Origin: Dendrobates tinctorius
Taxonomy: Eukaryota
Direction of reading: 5' to 3'
Assembly: GCF_039654945.1 (NCBI RefSeq)
Contig: NW_027361788.1
Span: 5,208,001-5,272,000, forward strand
Length of the DNA stretch: 64,000 nucleotides
The position numbers and the translations under genes are program-made. Each line of letters starts with the position of its first letter. Within the stretch, counting starts at the first letter, position 1. The notes below the pieces were generated by a model, which was not told where the DNA came from, did no database searches, and saw only the letters and a program-made list of their open reading frames with translations. Of the stretch, positions 28,401 through 38,936 are shown one piece after another.

Positions 28401-29640
28401 CATCATAAAAGTCCGCCAAATAGTCAGGAACATCATGCGACTGAGAGGTGGAAAAAACCGGAGCCTCACTAAAGGCACACCGACAACCCCAACTCACCAC
28501 AGACACAGATTTCCAATCCAAAACTGGATTATGAATTTGCAACCAGGGAAACCCCAGAACAACGGCATCATGCAGACCATGCAATACCAAAAATCTGCAA
28601 TTTTCTTGATGGTCTGGGGCAACCCGCATGACCACCTGGGTCCAAAACTGAGGTTTATTTTTTGCCAAAGGAGTAGCATCAATCCCCCTCAAAGGGATAG
28701 GCGTCTGCAGAGGTGTCATCGGAAATCCACAACGTTTAGCAAAATCCAAGTCCATTAGGTTTAGCGCTGCTCCCGAATCCACAAAAGCCTTGGCGGAAAA
28801 TGTGGACAGGGAGCAGATCAGAGTAATTGCCAGAAGAAACTTAAGTTGAACACCACCAACAGAAAACGTGTGTGCAAAGCGTTTCTCTCGTTTAGGACAA
28901 ACAGAAATAATATGCGAGGCATCTCCACAAAAAAAACACAGCTTATTACGCCTTCTGAACTCCTGACGTTGCGCCTTAGACAAAACTCTATCACATTGCA
29001 TAGGTTCAGACGTCTGTTCAATCGGTGGCAACACCTCTCGTGCAATCCTGCGTTCACGTAAACGCCGATCAACCTGAATGGCTAATGACATAGAATCGTC
29101 CAGACCAGAGGGAACAGGAAATCCCACCATAGTATCTTTTACGGCTTCTGACAAACCCTTCCGAAAGAGAGCAGCCAAGGCATTATCATTCCAGGTAGTA
29201 AGGACCGCCCACTTTCGGAACTTTTGACAGTACAACTCTGCAGAATCTCGACCCTGGTTCAATGCCAACAGGGTCTTTTCAGCCTGATCAATAGCATTAG
29301 GTTTGTCATACAACAACCCCAAAGCTTGAAAGAATGCATTCACATTAGTCAGAATAGGATCATCTGGTTTCAAAGAAAACGCCCAATCCTGGGGATCGCC
29401 ACGCAGCAAAGAGATGACAATTTTAACCTGCTGCACGGGGCTCCCTGACAAGTTAGGCTTCAAGGCAAAAAATAATTTACAATTATTTTTGAAACTCAAA
29501 AATTTAGATCGATCCCCAAAAAATACATCAGGTGTAGGGATCTTTGGTTCAACAGCATGCGAACGAGCAAGGTAGGCGGAAATTCCCCGCACTTCCGCAG
29601 CGAGCTGCTCCACATGATCAGACAATTGCTTTATCTCCAT
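25455..29640 (-). pseudogene. gag-pol polyprotein (Gag with CCHC knuckle, aspartic protease, RT, RNase H, integrase, chromodomain) with two frameshifts
   Basis: CFFCGDASHIISVC; FVDSGA; MPFGLTNAP; YLDD broken by an indel near 27865; DASEIGAGAVL and TDHKNL; second frameshift near 26845; WTHISMDF, SDRG, HPQTNGQTER, GPY; YEVEKILDSR...YLVKWKGY. Gag and Pol are in one frame. Confidence 0.95.
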
Positions 29641-31789
29641 TGAGAGAAAAAAAAAAATTCCCCCTACGGCCTCAGAGATATAGAGGAAAGAATTATACAC
29701 ACACCTTTTTTTTTTTTTTAAACACAATTCTTTCCTGCCTCAATAGCCTAGGATCTGCGGTAGGGCGGGTGATTCTGTTATGATTGAGTCACCGTAGGAG
29801 GCAAAAACAGAAATGCTAGCTAAGTCCAGAAAACCAGAGAAGTTGGCAGCTATCGGATTGCAGACCCCTGAACCTATCAACACAACTAGCAGTAGCCGTG
29901 GGGGGTTCCTACGATGCCCTAGACCCCTCGATCACAGTTGGAGAATTAAATAGGCCTAAAGAAAGAAAGGGGAAATCTAAACTGCCCCAGAGCAGACCCC
30001 AAAGCAATAGGCAGCCCCCCACATATAATGACGGTGAAGCAAATGAAAATACTAACACAGACAGAAAGATAGACTGAGCAAAGAGGGGCCCAAGCTAACT
30101 TGATAGACAAGGACAGGAAGGCTGCTGTCTGCAATCCGTGAAAAACCCTATGAAAATAAGAGCCAACAAACTGACAGTAAAAAAGGCCCTGAAGACGCTA
30201 GGCTTCAAAAAGCTATGTCAGCACTCAGGAATATACAGAAGACAGAGCTACAGGCAAAATGAGATTCAGCTCACCCCAGCAGGGGATGGCAGAATACTGA
30301 AAAGCAAGGAAAACAAAAAACAAAACAAAAAGGCTAACAGCCAAAACAGAAAACTTAGCTTTAGGGAGCAGGAATCAGACTGGTGTCCTAGAAGTCCACG
30401 GAGAAATCACCCGCAGGGCAGAAGGGCGTCGGCAGCCTTATATCCAGTCTGTGACTCCACTCAGCCAGTCATCCTCATTAGACTTAGGTGCCTGATAATC
30501 AGGCTTACTACCTTCCTTCACCAGAATAGGGAGTTCACCAGACCCCAGTGACGAAGGGGAAAATGAACTCACAACAAGTATGGCAATGAGCAGGGGGCAT
30601 GGTTAATCCAAAAAATATTGCCATCGCAATCTCTTCCTGAAGTTGCCACATATACTAAACATTTGTAAAATTCCCATGAGAACATTGTAATTTTTTCTTT
30701 TTTACCAGACCAAAAATGGCGTCAATGCAGCATTTAATAAGAAATAGAAAGACACAGACATGCAATAAATGGTAGGAAGTTACCTTTTGGATGAAAGTGT
30801 AAAAAAAGAATGTGGTAAAGCTCCCATGCATAATTCAGCAAGAATCCTGCGGTGACTATGCGGAGCGCTTGCTTCTAAAATTGATGTAAACAAAATGCCG
30901 TCCGGCGTTACCTTTTGCCCAAGGTCGTTTGGGAAATAAAAAAAAAGAACAGACTCTAAGCTCTCGACGGTCCCTAGTGGTGTATTCATATATTATTTAC
31001 ATATCGCCTCAACACAGATCTTTGATAGTCAATAATTCCATGTTTATTAAAAAAGGTCAGGCAGCGAGGAATAAACTCCCACTGCATGGACCCGCTGCTG
31101 AGGAGATTTTACGGCTTTAAAAATTTAATGAGACAGGGGTCACTTCCAGCCCCCTGCCCCTGACACTAAGAAAAGGGGCTCATCTGAAATGGTATGTTTA
31201 CCATACTATTAATTATTGGACACGTTAACTCTTCCTGGACCAAAGGGTCAGCTTTATGTTCTCCTCTTCACTTTCGCAAGACTAATTAAACAATTCCTAA
31301 ATGAAGACCACTAAATGAAGAGTGCTACGCTTAGCCTTATTCTCCAGCAGTCCGAAAATGACCCCAATGTTTGGAGGATCCTTTATTTATGTGACTGGAA
31401 ATGTAACCCATAAGGCTCATTGAGCAATTATCTTAATTTATCATGGACAGGCCAAGTTCACACCATTTTATTTCTGGTGTGAGTGCTCGTATGCATAAAA
31501 AAAACTGACAATGTTATTCACTGGGGCAGGGCAGATGAGCAATTTTTATCACGGACTGAATCGGTGCGTGCAAAATATGGCAGCATGCACTAGTTTCCTC
31601 CTTGTTTCAGATGAGGCTCGCCAATTCAAATCTATGGGTGTGCAAAAAAAAAAAAGGACCAGATCCACCATATTGCATACATTTTTTTACAAATGCTTTG
31701 AAATTCTTTAACATAGGAAACTGTATTTAGTTTTGGACATTTTTAATAACTGCTGCTGTATAAAAACGGATTGCAAATGGGTGACAAAA

Positions 31790-31914
31790 ATGATAATTAA
31801 ATAAGTAATAATTAAATAATAATAATACAATAATAATAATTATTATTATTATTATTATTAATAATAATAATTATTATTATTATTAATAATAATGATTACG
31901 TTTTTATACACAAG

Positions 31915-31941
<27 letters not shown>
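31790..31941. repeat. (AAT)n/(ATT)n alternating blocks plus (TA)n microsatellite
   Basis: Read directly from the sequence. Confidence 0.9.
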
Positions 31942-31943
<2 letters not shown>

Positions 31944-31946
<3 letters not shown>

Positions 31947-33551
31947 TGGGGCAAAAAAGTATTTAGTCAGTCAGCAATAGTGCAAGTTCCACCACTTAAA
32001 AAGATGAGAGGCGTCTGTAATTTACATCATAGGTAGACCTCAACTATGGGAGACAAACTGAGAAAAAAAAATCCAGAAAATCACATTGTCTGTTTTTTTT
32101 TCATTTTATTTGCATATTATGGTGGAAAATAAGTATTTGGTCAGAAACAAAATTTCTTCTCAATACTTTGTGATATATCCTTTGTTGGCAATGACAGAGG
32201 TCAAACGTTTTCTGTAAGTCTTCACAAGGTTGCCTCACACTGTTGTTGGTATGTTGGCCCATTCCTCCATGCAGATCTCCTCTAGAGCAGTGATGTTTTT
32301 GGCTTTTCGCTTGGCAACACGGACTTTCAACTCCCTCCAAAGGTTTTCTATAGGGTTGAGATCTGGAGACTGGCTAGGCCACTCCAGGACCTTGAAATGC
32401 TTCTTACGAAGCCACTCCTTCGTTGCCCTGGTGGTGTGCTTTGGATCATTGTCATGTTGAAAGACCCAGCCACGTTTCATCATCAATGCCCTTGCTGATG
32501 GAAGGAGGTTTGCACTCAAAATCTCACGATACATGGCCCCATTCATTCTTTCATGTACCCGGATCAGTCGTCCTGGCCCCTTTGCAGAGAAACAGCCCCA
32601 AAGCATGATGTTTCCACCACCATGCTTTACAGTAGGTATGGTGTTTGATGGATGCAACTCAGTATTCTTTTTCCTCCAAACACGACAAGTTGTGTTTCTA
32701 CCAAACAGTTCCAGTTTGGTTTCATCAGACCATATGACATTCTCCCAAAACTCCTCTGGATCATCCAAATGCTCTCTAGCAAACTTCACACGGGCCCGGA
32801 CATGTACAGGCTTAAGCAGTGGGACACGTCTGGCACTGCAGGATCTGAGTCCATGGTGGCGTAGTGTGTTACTTATGGTAGGCCTTGTTACATTGGTCCC
32901 AGCTCTCTGCAGTTCATTCACTAGGTCCCCCCGCGTGGTTCTGGGATTTTTGCTCACCGTTCTTGTGATCATTCTGACCCCACGGGGTGGGATTTTGCGT
33001 GGAGCACCAGATTGAGGGAGATTATCAGTGGTCTTGTATGTCTTCCATTTTCTAATTATTGCTCCCACAGTTGATTTCTTCACTCCAAGCTGGTTGGCTA
33101 TTGCAGATTCAGTCTTCCCAGCCTGGTGCAGGGCTACAATTTTGTTTCTGGTGTCCTTTGACAGCTCTTTGGTCTTCACCATAGTGGAGTTTGGAGTCAG
33201 ACTGTTTGAGGGTGTGCACAGGTGTCTTTTTATACTGATAACAAGTTTAAGCAGGTGCCATTACTACAGGTAATGAGTGGAGGAAAGAGGAGACTCTTAA
33301 AGAAGAAGTTACAGGTCTGTGAGAGCCAGAAATTTTGATTGCTTGTTTCTGACCAAATACTTATTTTCCACCATAATATGCAAATAAAATGAAAAAAAAA
33401 AACAGACAATGTGATTTTCTGGATTTTTTTTTCTCAGTTTGTCTCCCATAGTTGAGGTCTACCTATGATGTAAATTACAGACGCCTCTCATCTTTTTAAG
33501 TGGTGGAACTTGCACTCTTGCTGACTGACTAAATACTTTTTTGCCCCACTG
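31944..33551 (-). mobile_element. Tc1/mariner transposon (DD34E, long-TIR type), full length
   Basis: ~207-bp TIRs starting CAGTGGGGCAAAAAAGTATTTAGTCAG; TA on the right flank, CA on the left; inside a TA run. Confidence 0.95.
32160..33182 (-). pseudogene. Tc1 transposase, 340 codons with one premature stop at codon 316
   Basis: ORF 32235-33182 (WSDETK, QHDND-34-[13 protein letters not shown]); after the TGA the frame continues GNLVKTYRKRLTSVIANKGYITKY*. Confidence 0.92.
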
Positions 33552-33555
33552 TATA

Positions 33556-35187
33556 TAGTGCCTTGCGAAAGTATTTGGCCCCCTGGAACTTTTCAACCTT
33601 TTCCCACATATCATGCTTCAAACATAAAGATGCCAAATGTAAATTTTTGGTGAAGAATCAACAACAAGTGGGACACAATTGTGAAGTTGAACAAAATTTA
33701 TTGGTTATTTTAAATTTTTGTGGAAAGTCAAAAACTGAAAAGTAGGGTGTGCAATATTATTCTGCCCCTTTACTTTCAGTGCAGCATACTCACTCCAGAG
33801 GTTCATTGTGGATCTCTGAATGATCCAATGTTGTCCTAAATGACTAATGATGATGAATATAATCCACCTGTGCTTAATCAAGTCTCCGTATAAATGCACC
33901 TGTTCCGTGATAGTTTCAGGCTTCTGTTTGATGCACAGAGAGCATCATGAAGACCAAGGAACACAACAGGCAGGTCCGTGATACTGTTGTGGAGAAGATT
34001 AAAACCGGATTTGAATACAAAATGATTTCTAAAACTTAAACATCCCAAGGAGCACTGTGCAAGCGATCATATTGAAGTGGAAGGAGTATCATACCACTGC
34101 AAATCTCCCAAGACCCGGCCGTCCCTCTAAACTTTCATCTCAAACAAGGAGAAGACAGATCAGAGATGCAGCCAAGAGGCCCATGATCACTCTGGATGAA
34201 CTGCAGAGATCTACAGCTGAGGTGGGAAAATCTGTCCATAGGACAACAATCAGTCATACACTGCACAAATCTGGCCTTTATGAAAGCGTGGCAAGAGGAA
34301 AGCTATTTCTCAAAGATATCCATAAAAAGTGTAGCTTAAAGTTTGCAACAAGCCACCTGGGAGACACATCAAACATGTGGAAGAAGGTGCTCTGGTCAGA
34401 TGAAACCAAAATCGAACTTTTTGGCAACAATGCCAAACGATATGTTTGGCGTAAAGGCAACACAGTTCATCAACCTGAACACACCATCCCAACTATCAAA
34501 CATGGTGGTGGCAGCATCATGGTTTGGGCCTGCTTTTCTTCAGCAGAGATGGGAAGATGGTTGAAATTGATGGGAAGATGGATGTAGCCAAAAACAGGAC
34601 CATTCTTGAAGAAAACCTGTTGGAGTCTGCAAAAGACCTGAGACTGGGACGGAGATTTGTCTTCCAACAAGACAATGATCCCAAACATAAAGCAAAATCT
34701 ACAATGCAATGGTTCACAAATAAACGTATCCAGGTGTTAGAATGGCCAAGTCAAAGTTCAGACCTGAATCCAATCGAGAACCTGTGGAAAGAGCTGAAAA
34801 CTGCTGTTCACAAACGATCTCCATCAAACCTCACTGAGCTCGAGCTGTTTGCCAAGGAAAAATGGGCAAGAATTTCAGTCTCTCGATGTACAAAACTGAT
34901 AGAGACATACCCCAAGTGACTTGCAGCTGTAATCGCAGCAAAAGGTGGTGGAACAAAGTATTAAGTTAAAGGGGCTGAATAATATTGCATGCCCCACTTT
35001 TCAGATTTTGAATTTCCACAAAAATTTAAAATAACCAATAAATTCCATTCACCTTCACAATGGTGTTCCATTTGTTGTTGATTTGATTCCACACCAAAAT
35101 TTTCGTTTGGTATCTTTAGGTTTGTAGCATGATATGTGGGAAAAGGGTGAAAAGTTCCAGGGGGCCCAATACTTTCGTAAGGCAATA
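33556..35187 (+). mobile_element. Second Tc1 transposon (Passport-like), decayed
   Basis: ~200-bp TIRs starting tagtgccttgcgaaagtat; transposase resembles Passport as recalled. Confidence 0.9.
33947..34964 (+). pseudogene. Tc1 transposase pseudogene
   Basis: MKTKEH... to ...GGGTKY*; frameshifts near 34035 and 34550, stop at 34917-34919; WSDETK, QQDND and NPIENLW motifs. Confidence 0.9.
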
Positions 35188-35189
35188 TC

Positions 35190-36115
35190 ATAATCCAATC
35201 TCTTTTGTAGCATACTTTACTTAAAGTCATTCTCTATCATTCTCTCACTACACCAACTGCTTTAATTTTTTTACCTACTTCCTATTTGATGACGCTTCAT
35301 TTGAGAGCCCCCATAACATGCTGTGGTACTAAAGACTGCATCAGAGGGCAGAGACAGTGGACACTGAAGCAGCCTCTACCCCACCCTGAAACAAAGCATC
35401 ATCCGTGATGTCCATTTCAGTGGCTTGGCTAGTCCCTTCTCTACTTAGCATGTCTTTGTTGTCAACTCTGCTAGATGCTAAGAAGGATCTTGTCACTGTG
35501 CAATATTCTTATCAGGGCACAGTGACAGTGCGCTCCTTTACCAACTTTGGTGAAAAGTGACGAGTCAGCAAGAGAGTGTACTGTCACTGCAAATTTTAAG
35601 GCGAGAACGAGAGAACAGAGACAAGCTCCTCCCCGACAAGTAACATCACTTTCGGGGGCGGAGATGGTCTCTGCTTTTCCTGCATGTCCTGTAATCTTAT
35701 TAAAAGTGCACTGACAGTGCGCTCTCTTGCCGGCTTGTCACTTCTCATCAAAGCCAGTGAGGGAGCGCACTCTCACTATGCATTAAATAGAATATTGCAC
35801 AGTGACAAAATTCTACTGAGCATACATTGGAATTGACAACGGACTCATGCTCACAGTAGAACAGGGACTAGCCCAGCTGCTGAAATGGATGTCAATGATG
35901 ATGCCTTGGTTGAGTATCCTAGCATGCACTGGGGATTCTCAAACAAAGCAGCAACAAACTGGAAGAAGGGAAAAAATAAAGCAGTTAGATAGCATAGTGA
36001 GGGAACAATAAGTAATTTTTAATTGAAGTATAATAAAATATTCGATTATTACATTAAATAGACATGCATTTAGGATTAAAATGTGTTAGTATATTCCTTT
36101 CAGACCACCCCTTTA
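35190..36115. mobile_element. Old palindromic T2/Kolobok-type MITE
   Basis: Imperfect palindrome centred near 35640; right end accacccct-TTAA; left end not found. Confidence 0.55.
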
Positions 36116-37365
36116 AGGAGACAGATAAAGTAATACCTTCAGTATAAAGGGCATAAGACTTTGCTAGATCTGGTTTGGGATCCATTCCTGCTATTGAGAG
36201 CCAGATAGGTAGAATATACGTGATCTCTTGTGCTGTGGCTCATTTGACATAATAGGGTACATTTATTATTCTCAGTGCATCTCGATTTTAGTTGAAAAAG
36301 TGTCAAATTTTGACATCTAAAAGATTACAGCTCAATCGAAAAAGGCTTTCTGGGTCGTATTGTGTATGAAATGAGACAATATGCACTGAATTGTCCAAAA
36401 AAAAAATGAAGCCTACCATGATGTGCTGCGAAGGAAGATGAAAGTGTTGACAGATGAGATTCATTTATCATCCAGCATGAATCACTATATTTGACACTTT
36501 TCAAGATTGTCTAGTGTAAGAGTGTAGTCGATTACACAGGATTAGTAAATCTTCACCAATATGCTCATCAGATATACTCTGTGTTCCAATTTCTATCATT
36601 TGTGGGATTTAGATGGACTTTGATCATCATTAGGTTGTTTTCACACTTTTGCATCCAATTGCATCTTCAAGATGTAGACCCCCTGTGCAGTGCCGGTTTA
36701 AGGCAAAGTGGGGCCCTAGGCAAAGTTTAAAATGGGGCCCCAAATGCTAACATATTGCACATCACACAGAAGCATTTCGATTGTATTTACATGCGTTGAG
36801 TTCAGGCCGCTAAATGAGTGTGATCGACAATATTGAAGTCGTTCAACACTTGTTTCCCGGCCTCTTTCCACCGTCTGAGAAAGAATGATGGGGACAGAGC
36901 GATCACTAATGGATCACTAACAGATCACCATATACAGTATCATGTTATCAGCAGCACATTTACAGTTTACACCCCATAGTCCTCCATCTATATATATAAA
37001 CGCCTTATTGTGTCTGTCTGTAACCGAAATCGCTGGCCGCTGATTAGTCGCAGCCGCCAGGCCCCCACCAGGCCGCAACCAATCAGCGAGAGACGCAGCT
37101 GTTTGTAACGGTAAGCTGCGCCTGCTGCTGATTGGTCCAATCAGCGGCAGGCGCAGGCCTTAATCTGTAAAAAAGACTACTGGGAACCCGAGGCCGGGCG
37201 CATGAAAAGAAGACAGGAGGCCATCGAAAGGTGAGAATAACTTTTTTTAAATTTGTAATATTATTTTTGTACAGGGCCACTGCAGTGATTGGTCGCGGCT
37301 ACAGGGCCGCGTTGCTGATTGGTCGCGGACAGAGGGCCGCGACGCTGATTGGTCGCGGCTACATG

Positions 37366-38660
37366 GAAAGGGGGGTGAGGGGACCATGCATACCAGGATT
37401 GGGGGGTGAGGGAACCATGCATACCAGGATTGGGGGGTGAGGGGACCATGCATACCAGGATTGGGGGGTGAGGGGACTATGCATACCAGGATAGGGGGGT
37501 GAGGGGACCATGCATACCAGGATAGGGGGTGAGGGGACCATGCATACCAGGATTGGGGGCTGAGGGGACTATGCATACCAGGATTGGGGGGGTGAGGGGA
37601 CCATGCATACCAGGATTGGGGAGTGAGGGGACCATGCATACCAGGATTGGGGGTTGAGGTGACCATGCATACCAGGATTGGGGGGTGAGGGGACCATGCA
37701 TACCAAGAAAGGGGGGTGAGAGGACATGCATACCACGAAAGGGGGGTGAGGGGACCATGCATACCAAGGAAGGGGGGTGAGGGGACCATGCATACCAGGA
37801 AAGGGGGGTGAGGGGACCATGCATATCAGGAAAGGGGGGTGAGGGGACCATGCATACCAGGAAAGGGGGGTGAGGATACCATGCATTCCAGGATTGGGGG
37901 GTGAGGGGACCATACATACCAGGAAACGGGGGGTGATGATGAGCATACATACCAGGATTGGGGTGTGAGAGGACCATGCATACCAAGAAAGGGGGGTGAA
38001 GGGACCATGCATACCAGGATAGGGGGGTGAGCAGACCATGCATACCAGGATTGGGGGTGAGAGGACCATGCATACGAGGACTGGGGGGTGAGGGGACCAT
38101 GCATACCCCAAAAGGAGGGTAAGAGGACCATGCATACCAGGATTGGGGGGTGAGGGGACCATGCATATCAGGAAAGGGGGGTGAGGGTACCATGCATACC
38201 AAGGTAGGGGGGGTGAGGAGACCATGCATACCAGGAAAGGGGGGTGAGGATACCATGCATACCAGGATTGGGGGGTGAGGGGACTGTACATACCAGGAAA
38301 CGGGGGTGACAGTGAGCATACATACCAGGATTGGGGTGTGAGAGGACCATGCATACCAGCAAAGGGGGGTGAGGGGACCATGCATACCAAGAAAGGGGGT
38401 GAGGGGACCATACATACCAGTATAGGGTGGTGAGGGGACCATGCATACCAGGATTGGGGGGTGAGAGGACAATGCATACCAGGATTGGGGGGTGAGGGGA
38501 CCATGCATACCCCGAAAGGGGGGTAAGAGTACCATGCATACCAGGAAAGAGAGGTGAGAGGACCATGCATTCCAGGATTGGGGGGTCAGGGGACCATGCA
38601 TAGCAGGATAGGGGGTTGAGGGGTAGCATGCACATCAGGATTGGGGGTGAGAGAACCATG
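37366..38660. repeat. G-rich ~32-bp minisatellite (ggggggtgaggggaccatgcataccaggatt), ~40 copies
   Basis: Read directly from the sequence. Confidence 0.95.
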
Positions 38661-38820
38661 TGAAAAAAGAAGGTATCCAGCTCCGGAGATAAAATCCAAA
38701 ATCTTTATTGAAACAAATGAAAAGGTAATAAGCTGCTTGATAACCAGTGTATACTGGAGGAAGGAATGTCCTAGATAACTGGACGCGTTTCGAACACGTG
38801 TAGTGCTCTTAGTCCTCAGT
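38661..38820 (-). mobile_element. Penelope-like terminal fragment with hammerhead-like motif
   Basis: Minus strand CTGAGGA-ctaa-GAGCAC-tacac-GTGTTC-GAAACGCGTC followed by AATAAA; interrupts the minisatellite. Confidence 0.6.
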
Positions 38821-38936
38821 GAGAGAGCCATACATATCAGGATTGGGGGTAAGGACCATACATATCAGGATTGGGGGGTGCATTATTGCATTATTATTAA
38901 ATCTTCAAAAATAAACTGCATATATATTCTAGAATA

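Larger units (their letters stand above)
22946..30576 (-). mobile_element. Ty3/Gypsy chromovirus (Tf1/sushi group) LTR retrotransposon, tandem three-LTR structure with a deleted second unit
   Basis: LTRs 29776-30576 and 24792-25593 (~800 bp, TG...CA) and a truncated LTR 22946-23075; single 6-bp TSD AGTATG (22940-22945, 30577-30582); polypurine tract next to 25593. Confidence 0.95.

Noticed and set aside
23165-29727. Domesticated sushi-derived gene (PEG10/RTL-like)
   Set aside because: LTRs, TSD, multiple copies and frameshifts show ordinary retrotransposons.
37247-38659. Long Pro/Cys/Trp-rich ORFs (up to 374 aa)
   Set aside because: Translations of a stop-poor minisatellite, open in several frames.
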